Made by a program: the position numbers and the translations under genes. This document shows positions 10,618-20,600 of a stretch of 64,000 nucleotides of DNA, piece by piece. This stretch comes from an uncultured Verrucomicrobiae bacterium (GTDB taxonomy: Bacteria > Verrucomicrobiota > Verrucomicrobiia > Chthoniobacterales > UBA10450), in assembly GCA_963735805.1 (NCBI GenBank), contig CAVTMK010000004.1, forward strand, positions 544,001-608,000, written 5' to 3'. The notes under the pieces are model-generated. The model was not told where the DNA came from. It was given only the letters and a program-made list of their open reading frames with translations, and did not search any database. Each line of letters opens with the position of its first letter. Position 1 is the first letter of the stretch.

Positions 10618-11289
10618 ATGAAAATACCCACCCTATTAGTCACAATTCTGGCTGCGACACTGATCGCAGCTCCCTTATTCGCGCAGAGCTCAGCCGAATC
10701 GCCCGCTACCGCCACAAGTTCTGCGGCGGCTCCCAGCGGCCAGCCGAATATGCAGGAGATGATGAAACAAATGATGGAGATGTCGAAATTGAATGAAAAC
10801 CACAAGTTCCTCACCGACCTCGACGGGAACTGGACCTACACCATCAAGTTCTGGATGAACCCCGATCCGAACGCGCCGCCGCAACAATCCAAAGGCACCG
10901 CCACCCGCAAGAGCGTGATGGGTGGTCGTTATGTGATGATGGATGTGACGGGCAAAATGCAGATGCCGGGCGAAGACGGGAAAATGAAAGATATGCAATT
11001 CAAAGGGATGGGGATCGAGGGCTACGACAACGTAAAGAAAAAGTTCGTCGCTTCATGGATCGACAATATGGGAACAGGTATTCAGTTTTCCGACGGCACG
11101 TATGATCCCGCGACCAAGACGCTGACTTATACCAGCGAAATGGAGCCGGTGCCCGGAATGAAAACACCGGTGCGCGAGGCGATTAAGATCGCCGACAACA
11201 ACCACATGACCCTGGAATGGTACGAAAATCACGGCGGCCAGGAAAAGAAGACGATGGAAATTAACTACACTCGCGCCGGCAAGAACTAG
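10618..11289 (+). CDS. DUF1579 family secreted protein
   Basis: Signal peptide; GYDNVKKKFVASWIDNMGTG. Confidence 0.85.
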   Translation: MKIPTLLVTILAATLIAAPLFAQSSAESPATATSSAAAPSGQPNMQEMMKQMMEMSKLNENHKFLTDLDGNWTYTIKFWMNPDPNAPPQQSKGTATRKSVMGGRYVMMDVTGKMQMPGEDGKMKDMQFKGMGIEGYDNVKKKFVASWIDNMGTGIQFSDGTYDPATKTLTYTSEMEPVPGMKTPVREAIKIADNNHMTLEWYENHGGQEKKTMEINYTRAGKN

Positions 11290-11436
11290 CGCGATACGCG
11301 ATCCGCGCTTAGACGGAAACCGGCAACGTTTTCGTTACGCGCCGAGTTGCATGACTGCATTGCCCTACTCGCGCATTTTGTCAGGGGAAGGATCAAGCAT
11401 CGTTAGGTAATATCCGTCGCGCTAACAGTGTCCCCG

Positions 11437-12192
11437 TTACGGGTTTCGCTGTTTTCGGATTCGTCCCGTAATTAGAAAATGTGCGACGAACCCAAGCAGG
11501 AACGTGACGATCCCGATTCGGGCGTTCAAAGTCGCTGCGATCAACAGCTCAGCGAGACCGAACAACCACGCAAAGCTTTCTCCCGCGAACGCCTGTCCCC
11601 AGCTGGGCCGGAGATTTCCGGACGGAACGCGCGGCTTTAGCGCGGGCCAGAAACGCGGGACCGCTTTGCAATACGCGCGATACGATTCCCCTTGGGTTTT
11701 CAGCAGGGATTCTTCCTCGCGACGAATTAGCCGATAAACAAAAATCCAGTTCGCCAGCACCAGAAAAATAAATCCGGAACGGCTGGCCAGGACGCCGATT
11801 CCAGCCGCCATCGGCAGGTTTCCCAGATAAAGCGGATTGCGCGTATAACGAAAGGGCCCGTCGGCTACGAGCGCTTCTGAATGTTGAGCGGTATCGTGCA
11901 CAACTGCGGTTCGCAAATACGCAGCTCCCCACGTCCGCAATCCCGCTGAGAGAAAAACGAGCAGGGCGCCGGCTGCGATCACGATTCGGGTGAACATTAC
12001 CGCCTGCGGCTGCCCGGGAACGATTGATGGAGCAATCAAATGCCGCAGCGCAACAATGAACGGAACATGATCGAAGACGGAAATGAAAAACCCGGCGAGA
12101 TACATCGCGCAGATGATCCAGAACCGTTTTTCGAACTCGAACCTGGTCGCGCGCACCACCGCATTTGTAGCGGTTGCTGTTCTCCGCTGCAA
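11437..12192 (-). CDS. isoprenylcysteine carboxylmethyltransferase / PEMT family membrane protein
   Basis: GPFRYTRNPLYLG, EE..L...YRAY...VPRF. Confidence 0.85.
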   Translation of the reverse strand: MQRRTATATNAVVRATRFEFEKRFWIICAMYLAGFFISVFDHVPFIVALRHLIAPSIVPGQPQAVMFTRIVIAAGALLVFLSAGLRTWGAAYLRTAVVHDTAQHSEALVADGPFRYTRNPLYLGNLPMAAGIGVLASRSGFIFLVLANWIFVYRLIRREEESLLKTQGESYRAYCKAVPRFWPALKPRVPSGNLRPSWGQAFAGESFAWLFGLAELLIAATLNARIGIVTFLLGFVAHFLITGRIRKQRNP

Positions 12193-12207
12193 TCTGCCAC
12201 TGTTCGT

Positions 12208-12573
12208 TCAGTCCGATGACACAACGAACCGGTTACCCTCGCTGTCCTTGAACATCGCGTAAGTGCCCCACGGTTGTTTTTGAGGCGGACCTTCAAATTC
12301 CACGCCGCGGTTTTTCAACTCGACATACGTTTTGTCGATGTCATCACACGTGTACGACATGTTCATGAACGACCCGATACGCTTTTCGTCGCCGCCGGGT
12401 GTGAACAGCACCACTCGTGTCTCAGCTTTCGGAACTCGCAATTCGATCCAGCGCTGTTTTTCGTCGAACGGCTGATCGGTGATGATCGTGAACCCGAGTT
12501 TCTCTGTGTAAAAGTCCAGCGCGCGATTTTGGTCGGCGACTGGAATGCTAACAAGTTTGATTTGCTTGATCAT
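12208..12573 (-). CDS. VOC/glyoxalase family protein
   Basis: ALDFYTEKLGF, FKDSEGNRF. Confidence 0.9.
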   Translation of the reverse strand: MIKQIKLVSIPVADQNRALDFYTEKLGFTIITDQPFDEKQRWIELRVPKAETRVVLFTPGGDEKRIGSFMNMSYTCDDIDKTYVELKNRGVEFEGPPQKQPWGTYAMFKDSEGNRFVVSSD

Positions 12574-12697
12574 GATGGGCCGAAGCTAATGTGATCGATA
12601 TGATCGCGTCCAGCTGCGAGCATCGGTGGTGGTAAGAAAGTGCTGTCCGTTTATCGGTATAGCGCGGTATTGTAGCTGCCTCGCTGCGCGGGGTTCC

Positions 12698-13006
12698 ATG
12701 GCCAGATTTCGACAAACTATTCCGATCGACGATTACGTTCTCGATGTTCTGATGCGCGATCTGATCGGGCACGATCAGCAACCGGCGGCTTATGTCGTTT
12801 ACCTGTGTCTTTACGGTCAGGCTGCTCGGAAGAAATGGAAACCGATCGCCGCCAGTGTACGAACGCTTGCCGACGCGACAGGTCTTTCCAAAAGCGCGAT
12901 TCAAATTGCACTTGCGACCTTGCGCCACCGCGAATTAATCGTCACTACGCGTGAACACGCCACGGCCACGTCTCGCCATCGCGTGCTCCGCCACTGGCGC
13001 GCGTAA
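12698..13006 (+). CDS. helix-turn-helix protein
   Basis: SVRTLADATGLSKSAIQIALATL; divergent from the VOC gene. Confidence 0.75.
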   Translation: MARFRQTIPIDDYVLDVLMRDLIGHDQQPAAYVVYLCLYGQAARKKWKPIAASVRTLADATGLSKSAIQIALATLRHRELIVTTREHATATSRHRVLRHWRA

Positions 13007-13135
13007 CCTTGTAGCCTCAGAGTTTACTCGCCGTGGCGAGTGTCGAGGCGTTTCCTCGCGAATGAAATGGCCGAGGCTGACAAATAAGCCTGGAATATGG
13101 GCCGGCCACTGCCTGCCTTTAGCCTGCTTCCCTAT

Positions 13136-14959
13136 TCAGTAAAGAGTTCGATCGCATCGATCAGTGATTCCGCGATCGACTCTTTCGAAATCCAGCGCTG
13201 CAAACCGTCGGCTGCCATTTTCTTGCTGACCCGGCGCCAGCAGGAAAACTTCCGTGCCGTCGAGCCGTATCTTGGTTAGGATCTCAAAGACGGATGTGTC
13301 CGCGCTGATGACAGCGTAATTCTGGGATGCGATCTCCGCGATGCTGGTCTCCTGCCGGGGGCGACGGACCGCTTGCAAAGCCGCATTGATGGTAACGACG
13401 CCTGCGATTTTCTTTTTCTCCATCGCGAGGAAACAAGCGCCCGCAGGATAAGAAGGCAGGATAATCGCCAGCTCCGGCAAGGTCATGTCGGCCGGCAACC
13501 TAAAGATGTCGGCGTGGTTCAACTCGCGGGCCGGCTTCATGTATTGGATATTTGCCTGCATCGCGGTAGGCATGCGATGACCCCGGCGAGCGAGTTTCAG
13601 CGTGTAGATGCTTTCGTTGGAAATCATTTTTCGCACACCGTAGGCGATCGCCACCGTGGTTGTCATCGGCACGATGACCCCGTAGTCGAGTGTCATTTCA
13701 AAAATCATCACGATCGCCGTGATTGCCGCGCCAGTAGTTCCGCCGACGATGCCCGCCATTCCGACCACGGCGAAGGCGGCCGGGCTGATCGTGATACCGG
13801 GGAAAATATGCTGGAGGAGAATGCCATAGGCGCCGCCCAACGTCGCGCCGAGGAACAGTGCGGGAGAAAAAACGCCGCCCGATGCGCCGGAGCCGAGGGT
13901 GAGTGACGTCGCGAAAAGTTTGAGCGCGAAAAGGAGCAGGAGCAGCCAGAAAGAGTTAAGAGTGTGTGAGAGGACGTCCTGGATCGTGGCATAGCCCACA
14001 CCTTCAATCTGGTAGGCACCAGTCTGACGGAGGAGCACATACATGAGGATGCCCACCAGCAGCATGCCGCTCATATGACGCAGGTAGGGGTTACGAATTT
14101 TCTCGTCGAAGAAATCCTCGAAGGCGTAGATCGATCGGATGTAGACGACCGAGACCAGCCCGATGATCAGACCGAGCCCGACATAAGCGGTGAGGAGGAG
14201 CGGATGGGTCAGATGAAAATAGCTGATCCGCAACTCAGGAATGGTGAACGCCGGGTTCGGACCAAAGAAAAAGCGGCCCACGTAACTGGCGCTCGCGGTC
14301 GAAATCGCTACCGGCACCAGTGTCCAGACGCTGACTTCGTGGAGCAAAAGTTCGGCTGCGAAAAGTACACCGCCGATCGGCGTGTTGAACGTCGCAGCAA
14401 TGCCCGCGCCGGCGCCGGCTGCGATCAACGTGGTGCGCTGCCATGCTGGGATCCGCAGCCATTGCCCAACGCCCGAACCGAAAGCCGAACCGATCTGAAT
14501 GATCGGACCCTCGCGGCCGACCGATCCGCCGCTGCCAATCGAGAGCGCGGAGGCGAGCGATTTGATCACGGCCACGATTGGTCGAATGACGCTTTTGTTA
14601 TAATAGATGGCATCCATCACTTCCGGCACGCCATGGCCACTCGCTTCCGGTGCGAAAGTTCGTACCAGCCAGGTCACACCAATACCGCCGACGACTGGCA
14701 CTAAAATGATGAACGGTCCCCACGGACCGGGCGGCGTGTGGACATTGGCTTCGTAAAAAAAGGAAATCTTTCCGAGAAAAAACAGGTTGTGCAAAAATGC
14801 GATCATCCCGCGAAAAACCCACGCACCGCATCCGCCCACCAAGCCGATCAGCATTGCAAGCAACCAGAAACGAAGAGGGGAAAGCGCGGCGCTCTTCCGA
14901 GCCTTGCCTTTCTTCGGCCCGGACAACGGCACCGGAGTTTCCATGTATTGTCTAGCCAC
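13136..14959 (-). CDS. ClC chloride channel/antiporter with C-terminal CBS region (probable frameshift near 3' end)
   Basis: GHGVPE, GREGP, GGVFSP ClC signatures. Confidence 0.9.
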   Translation of the reverse strand: MARQYMETPVPLSGPKKGKARKSAALSPLRFWLLAMLIGLVGGCGAWVFRGMIAFLHNLFFLGKISFFYEANVHTPPGPWGPFIILVPVVGGIGVTWLVRTFAPEASGHGVPEVMDAIYYNKSVIRPIVAVIKSLASALSIGSGGSVGREGPIIQIGSAFGSGVGQWLRIPAWQRTTLIAAGAGAGIAATFNTPIGGVLFAAELLLHEVSVWTLVPVAISTASASYVGRFFFGPNPAFTIPELRISYFHLTHPLLLTAYVGLGLIIGLVSVVYIRSIYAFEDFFDEKIRNPYLRHMSGMLLVGILMYVLLRQTGAYQIEGVGYATIQDVLSHTLNSFWLLLLLFALKLFATSLTLGSGASGGVFSPALFLGATLGGAYGILLQHIFPGITISPAAFAVVGMAGIVGGTTGAAITAIVMIFEMTLDYGVIVPMTTTVAIAYGVRKMISNESIYTLKLARRGHRMPTAMQANIQYMKPARELNHADIFRLPADMTLPELAIILPSYPAGACFLAMEKKKIAGVVTINAALQAVRRPRQETSIAEIASQNYAVISADTSVFEILTKIRLDGTEVFLLAPGQQENGSRRFAALDFERVDRGITDRCDRTLY

Positions 14960-15149
14960 GAGAGAGATTTTCCGTCGTTGCCATCTGGTGCGCGCTGTTC
15001 AAAGACACACGCCCACCATAGGGCGGACCGCAGCTCCCTTCAATTAACTGCTGTAGCCGGCGGCGTTGACCCCGGCATTCGCGCGATTAGGTATCTCAAT
15101 GGCCGCGGTCGGCGCCCGCGGCTACAGACGCCAACCCGCGTCATGATGC

Positions 15150-16619
15150 CTACTTCGTCACGAACGGTGGCGCCGCCATCCGCTCAATGCAGCTTGTGTT
15201 GAGATCTTTCGCATCGCCTTTGTCCAGAAACTCGATCGCAATACGATCGATACACCCGGGATCCTTCAAGCCATCAACACCGTGGCCGGCCTCGGGAATA
15301 ACAATATGCCTGCTGTTCGGCAAATGCCTGGCGACGTCTTCGCCGTACTTCGGCGGCGTGATCGGGTCCATGCTACCGGAAAAAATCAGCACCGGCGCGT
15401 TTGAAGAGACCGGTTCGAGAAAATCGGCTGGAACCTCACCGCGCGGCCAGATTTCGCAGGCGCGCGTTTGTTGAAACACGCGATAGTTCCCGAACGGATT
15501 AGTCGCATTGAGCGTTGCCGCTTCCTCCTGATTAAGGAATGGGACGTCTTCAGCGCATGTCACAGACAAATATTCTCCATCCGCTATGAAGTCAGGGATC
15601 GACGGCGCAATTGCTTGCTGGAGAAACGGGGCGAAATCGCCAGTCGCCGCATGATGGACGATGAGGGGAATTCGCGCCGCTTTGCCGCGGTCATACATCC
15701 AGCTCCTGATTTTTTCCGCAAACACATCGCGCCGAATTTCGACCGTTGTCGGCGCGGATTTGTTGGATGGAGAATACTGTGCGCGCGCAGGCTGTTTCTC
15801 CAGCTGCGCCAGCGCGTTCTTCCAGTCGTCGCGAATTTGTGGGAAAGCCGTGTGACAGGTGGCGTCGTGTTCGCATTCGCTCAGCAGCAGGTCCATTGCG
15901 CGCGCTCCGCTCTCGGCATGGTGTGACGGCATTTTCAAATCGGTCGGCGCGACACCCATCAGGATTGCGCTGCGCACGTGTTCGGGATGCCGCCGCATGT
16001 AAACCAACGCCGCCCGCGTTCCGTACGACATTCCCAAAAGACTGATTTTATCGTAACCGAGCGATGCGCGGACGTCGTCCAGGTCATCCATGGCGATGGA
16101 CGTTGTGTATTTCGTCAGGTCCGCGCGCTGCTCAAGCGCGCGACGCATTTCCCGGATGTAATCAACTGGATACATCTCCCGCAGATAATGCTGCGCTGTT
16201 TTCTCCTCCGGAATTGCAAGACGATTTGATTGCCCGGTGCCGCGCTGATCGACTAATACCACATCGTGCCGGCGGCGGTAATCTTTGCCCGGTCCGGCGT
16301 AGAAATCTGCTGCCGCTGTGGATGCCGCGCCCGGACCGCCGGCCAGATCGAATAGCGGCTCGGCCTTATTTTTTTGATCGAATGCCGGCAGGACGACGAT
16401 GTTCAAATCGATCGTTCGACCGTTGCGCGTTTTCCGGTTTTCAAAAACCGTCAGCTTACCGCAAAGCAATTCTTCGCGAATTCCAACTAATCGGCACGGC
16501 TTCAACTTGGACAACCCGCCCGTCGGGCGATTTTTGGCGCAGCCGCTCACCTCGACCAGAAATAAAACCGCACCAGTCGTCATCAGCAGAACAGAACAAA
16601 CCCACCGAAGTCCTCGCAC
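15150..16619 (-). CDS. alpha/beta hydrolase (TAP-like peptidase), probable lipoprotein
   Basis: GGPG, DQRGTG, GMSYG nucleophile, DPITP and GH motifs; GTG start inferred. Confidence 0.85.
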   Translation of the reverse strand: MRGLRWVCSVLLMTTGAVLFLVEVSGCAKNRPTGGLSKLKPCRLVGIREELLCGKLTVFENRKTRNGRTIDLNIVVLPAFDQKNKAEPLFDLAGGPGAASTAAADFYAGPGKDYRRRHDVVLVDQRGTGQSNRLAIPEEKTAQHYLREMYPVDYIREMRRALEQRADLTKYTTSIAMDDLDDVRASLGYDKISLLGMSYGTRAALVYMRRHPEHVRSAILMGVAPTDLKMPSHHAESGARAMDLLLSECEHDATCHTAFPQIRDDWKNALAQLEKQPARAQYSPSNKSAPTTVEIRRDVFAEKIRSWMYDRGKAARIPLIVHHAATGDFAPFLQQAIAPSIPDFIADGEYLSVTCAEDVPFLNQEEAATLNATNPFGNYRVFQQTRACEIWPRGEVPADFLEPVSSNAPVLIFSGSMDPITPPKYGEDVARHLPNSRHIVIPEAGHGVDGLKDPGCIDRIAIEFLDKGDAKDLNTSCIERMAAPPFVTK

Positions 16620-16815
16620 GGGCGACCTTATTCTGTCTGTGCGATGTCGCGCAAATCCAAATCGCCGTCTGTAAACACGGCGTAGCGGCAGGCATGTCGC
16701 CTGCCATTTTGGGAAAAACCAAAATGCATGTGGCGTGCGTTTCCTTACTATAGGAACGCCTATTTCGTCGGGCGTGCGGCGCGTGTGAAATACATCGCCA
16801 GAGAAATACGGAATT

Positions 16816-17820
16816 ATGGAACAGCAAAAGGGAATCACTCGGCGTCGCATGATCGGCGGACTCAGTGCGGCCGGAATGGCTGCGCTTGGCGGTTCACGCG
16901 TCCTTGCAGCACCAGAGAAACCGGAATCGATGACCACCAGAAAATTAGAAGATCCGAAAACCAAGTATCCGAAGCCACCGTTTAAGGAACAACAGCAACC
17001 ATGGCCGGGTCTCGCCAGTAAAATGGATCCACGACCAGACCACGGCGAAAAAAGCTACAAAGGGTCCGGACGATTGTCAGGTCGCAGGGCGTTGATCACC
17101 GGCGGCGACTCGGGGATGGGGCGCGCCGCCGCGATCGCATATGCGCGCGAGGGCGCCGACGTGGGGATCAATTATTTTCCAATCGAACAACCTGATGCGG
17201 ACGAAGTAATCGCGTTGATTAAGGAAGCAGGGCGCCAGGCGATCGCGATCCCCGGCGACTTACGGGACGAAGGATTCTGCACGAAGCTTGTCGGCGACGC
17301 TGTACGCCAGCTCGGCGGATTAGATATTCTCGTCTGCAATGCCGCACGACAGCAAACACGCGCATCCATTCTCGACATTTCCAGCGAAGATTTCGACGCG
17401 ACAATGAAGACGAACGTCTACGCGCCGTTCTGGATCATCAAAGCTGCGGTACCGCACATGCCTCCCGGGTCGGTCATCATTGCAACCACATCGGAGCAGG
17501 CGACCGACCCATCACCCGAGATTTACGATTATGCGCAAACAAAAGCTGCGACGACGAACTATGTGCGCTCACTCGCGAAGCAACTCGCGCCAAAAGGCAT
17601 TCGCGTGAATGGTGTGGCGCCGGGGCCAATCTGGACGCCCTTACAGGTGAGCGGCGGCGCGACCATGGAAAAATTAAAACAGTTCGGCGGCAAAACACCA
17701 CTGGGTCGCCCGGGGCAACCGGCCGAGCTCGCATCGATTTACGTCCAGCTAGCCGCCAACGATGCCAGCTATGCGACCGGCCAGGTGTACGGCGCAGCTG
17801 GAGGCAGCGGACAACCGTAA
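16816..17820 (+). CDS. SDR oxidoreductase (YghA-like) with Tat-like leader
   Basis: TGGDSGMG, YAQTK, PDHGEKSYKGSGRL; N-terminal ITRRRMIG. Confidence 0.9.
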   Translation: MEQQKGITRRRMIGGLSAAGMAALGGSRVLAAPEKPESMTTRKLEDPKTKYPKPPFKEQQQPWPGLASKMDPRPDHGEKSYKGSGRLSGRRALITGGDSGMGRAAAIAYAREGADVGINYFPIEQPDADEVIALIKEAGRQAIAIPGDLRDEGFCTKLVGDAVRQLGGLDILVCNAARQQTRASILDISSEDFDATMKTNVYAPFWIIKAAVPHMPPGSVIIATTSEQATDPSPEIYDYAQTKAATTNYVRSLAKQLAPKGIRVNGVAPGPIWTPLQVSGGATMEKLKQFGGKTPLGRPGQPAELASIYVQLAANDASYATGQVYGAAGGSGQP

Positions 17821-17907
17821 GTGCCGGTGTGCATGTCGCTAATGGTCCGATTCATTTGTTTGGCCGTGTTTCGCAATCGCCAAACCGATCCGAACGTCAC
17901 AGCGTGA

Positions 17908-18246
17908 TCAGGCCGAGTCCGAACCCTTCGACTTGGCGCTTTTTCGCGTACGCGGCCGCTTTTGAGCGCTGCGCTTACGACCAGGCGATTTGGCTTTTTG
18001 TTCTTTCGACGCGGCCGCCTGGCGCTTTTGTGATGCTTCGCGCTCCCGCCGCAGCTTCTTCTCGCTCAAATATGTCCTGAACTTTTTATAAGCAAACCCG
18101 CCGCCTAGTCCGGCAGCAGCAATTGCGAGTGCAGCTGCGATCTTAACCGGTCCCTGGCCCGGTGCCATGTGCCATGGACATTTGTCTAGTGGATATCTAT
18201 CCGGAAGAGGAAACCCACATCCAGGTGCCTTACACTTACGCGCCAT
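17908..18246 (-). CDS. hypothetical protein: Cys/His N-terminus, one TM, Lys/Arg-rich tail
   Basis: CKAPGC...CPWH followed by a hydrophobic segment. Confidence 0.55.
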   Translation of the reverse strand: MARKCKAPGCGFPLPDRYPLDKCPWHMAPGQGPVKIAAALAIAAAGLGGGFAYKKFRTYLSEKKLRREREASQKRQAAASKEQKAKSPGRKRSAQKRPRTRKSAKSKGSDSA

Positions 18247-18334
18247 AATTGGTTATTTCGTTAGGTAGGTGGTTGAAACAGCTGATAAAGCTCTACTAGG
18301 CATGTCGGCGCTGACAAGTTAAATCGCGCGAAGC

Positions 18335-19435
18335 CTAGGGTGCGACCTGTTGCGGCTCCGGCAGATAGAAAAAGAGGATCCCGAGAATCAGATAGACCGA
18401 AAGAAGTTGGATGCCTTCGATCCAGTTGGTCTCGCCGTCTCCGCTGATCTGAAACAGGATGTAAACCGAGGCCACCACCGCGACCACTTCCGGCATCGTG
18501 AATTCCAGGTTCATTGGTCGCCCAAAAAGGTAGGAGAGAAAAATCAGCACGGGCGCGACGAAAAGCGCGATTTGCAGACTGGAACCGATCGCGATGCCGA
18601 CGCTAAGGTCCATCTTGTCTTTCATCGCCATGAGGACGGCAGCCGAGTGCTCGGCCGCGTTACCCACGATGGCCACCACGATCACACCAACAAATACCTC
18701 GGTCAGGCCGACGGAGTCCCGGACGTTTTCGATCGTGCCGACGAGAAACTCCGAGAGCACGGCGACTACGGCGGTAGAGACGAGCAGGATGATAATGGCC
18801 TTGCCGCGCGACCATTGCCTGCCTCTTTCTTCGGCATGTGCGTGGGCGCCTTGAAAGAAATGCTTGTGGGTCCAGAGCGAGAAACCGAGCATGCAAAAAT
18901 AGGTAAAGAACAAGACAACCGCGATGGCTAACGAGAGCTTCTGCTCGACCAGCGCGCTCCAGCCGCCAGGACTGGAGTCGGCGGCGAGATGAAAGACCGT
19001 CGGGATGATCAAGCCGATCGCGGCCAGCGACAGCGAGATGACCGAAGTTCGCGCTGCGGTGCGGTTGAAACGCTGTTCTTTGTATTTCGTGCCGCCCATT
19101 AGAATGGAAAGGCCGAGCACCAGCAGCACGTTACCGATGATCGATCCGGTAATGGAGGCTTTCACCACATTGATCAGCCCTTTGGAAAGGGCGATGCCGG
19201 CAATGATCAGCTCGGCGGCGTTCCCGAAAGTGGCGTTGAGCAACGCTCCCAGGCCTTCCCCGACGCGGCCGGCGAGTGTTTCGGTGGCGCGCCCTATCCA
19301 ACCCGCAACCGGAATGATGCCGAGAGCGGAGCAAACGAAGAGCGCAGTCGGACTGCTGCCTCCGGGCCAGAAGCGCAGAACGATCGCGAGCGGAACGAAA
19401 ATAAGAAGCCAGTCGAGCGAGAGTTTGAGTTTCAG
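18335..19435 (-). CDS. Ca2+/H+ exchanger (CAX/ChaA family)
   Basis: GNAAE motif twice; frame continues 64 codons upstream of the listed TTG ([11 protein letters not shown]); CTG start inferred. Confidence 0.88.
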   Translation of the reverse strand: MKLKLSLDWLLIFVPLAIVLRFWPGGSSPTALFVCSALGIIPVAGWIGRATETLAGRVGEGLGALLNATFGNAAELIIAGIALSKGLINVVKASITGSIIGNVLLVLGLSILMGGTKYKEQRFNRTAARTSVISLSLAAIGLIIPTVFHLAADSSPGGWSALVEQKLSLAIAVVLFFTYFCMLGFSLWTHKHFFQGAHAHAEERGRQWSRGKAIIILLVSTAVVAVLSEFLVGTIENVRDSVGLTEVFVGVIVVAIVGNAAEHSAAVLMAMKDKMDLSVGIAIGSSLQIALFVAPVLIFLSYLFGRPMNLEFTMPEVVAVVASVYILFQISGDGETNWIEGIQLLSVYLILGILFFYLPEPQQVAP

Positions 19436-19584
19436 AGGTCTGGGAATTTCGCGACTTACATCAGCTAATCAACCCGCCCGTCTTCCACCAGTTTAACGAC
19501 ACCACGCACAAACAGCCTGCATCATAAGCCGACTATGATGACTGAACGTGCAGATCTTCTGTAGTGGCAGTCGTGTCGGCTTCG

Positions 19585-19920
19585 CTATTCTATGAACTGC
19601 GCGAGTGACCGATATTTCTCGCTGAGTTCACGGATCCGGTGCTCGAAATGGCGTATGCGACGGATGGACCGGAAGACCAACCAGGTGCCGAGCACGACCA
19701 GACCCAGGTTCAGGAGCATCAACGGCGCCAGCAGAGGCAACACCTTGTCGATACTGTAATAACGCGAGGTGGCAATGAGCGCGCTTAGCACTGAGAGAGG
19801 CAACGCGAACACGGCAATACCTGTTCGCAACGCAGCCAGGGCAGTTCGTTTCTCAGCGAGGAGCACCTGGATCTCGCCAAAAATGACATTGTCCGGCGTG
19901 GGTAGCTCGTCCGTTTTCAT
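19585..19920 (-). CDS. DUF202-like small membrane protein
   Basis: LAEKRTALAALRTG. Confidence 0.7.
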   Translation of the reverse strand: MKTDELPTPDNVIFGEIQVLLAEKRTALAALRTGIAVFALPLSVLSALIATSRYYSIDKVLPLLAPLMLLNLGLVVLGTWLVFRSIRRIRHFEHRIRELSEKYRSLAQFIE

Positions 19921-20143
19921 GCTCTGTCCGCTTTTCAGTCTAATCGATTGCACGTTCTCGGCGAAAAATCGATTTAACTCGTCGAGGCGCCTGCATCCGA
20001 CTGCTGTAGCGGCGGCTGTGTCAGCCGCAAAAGGTTACGTCACGGAGATGAATCGTATTTGCTTCGCTCCCCGCAATCTGGTGTCCGCGGGCCCGACGCT
20101 TCGGCCTCGGTCGCTATTTTCCGGATCTGGCCTATAGTATTAG

Positions 20144-20500
20144 ATGTCTAAAAGGTCTGGTATCTCTTTCACACGTCGCGCGCCCGACAACATTACCGAA
20201 GAACTGATCGCGGTGCTTTCGTCCAGGGCGTCTTTCGAATTCAAGCCGTTATTCGAAATTATCCTGCTCAATCTGCGGGAGCGAAACGCGGCCAGTGGCG
20301 GCGAAGAGATGCTGCGCTTGCGTGCTTATGAAAAGCTTCAGGGCCTTGTCAGTCAGGGCGCGGTCAACCGGACCGTCACGGACGGCACGAAGAAATACAA
20401 AGGCGTCGCTGCGCGAATGGTTATGCTGCGCGCTGAGATGAAAGCTTTGCGCGCTGACTGTAATCAGCGCGCTCTCGCCAAGGCTGCCGCGGCCAGCTGA
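20144..20500 (+). CDS. hypothetical protein (possible winged-helix)
   Basis: ATG start, clean 118-aa ORF filling the intergenic gap. Confidence 0.6.
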   Translation: MSKRSGISFTRRAPDNITEELIAVLSSRASFEFKPLFEIILLNLRERNAASGGEEMLRLRAYEKLQGLVSQGAVNRTVTDGTKKYKGVAARMVMLRAEMKALRADCNQRALAKAAAAS

Positions 20501-20600
20501 TCGCCGACAAGCGCGGCGGCCACACAATCCACCGCCAGGCTGGCGAGCAAATCGCACGCGCAGCACATAGTTCGTCTTGCGTTGTCGCGCAGGTCAGACG

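Noticed and set aside
16620..16964. N-terminal extension of ORF 15150..16964
   Set aside because: Overlaps the divergent SDR gene and a REP; the signal-like segment starts near 16619.
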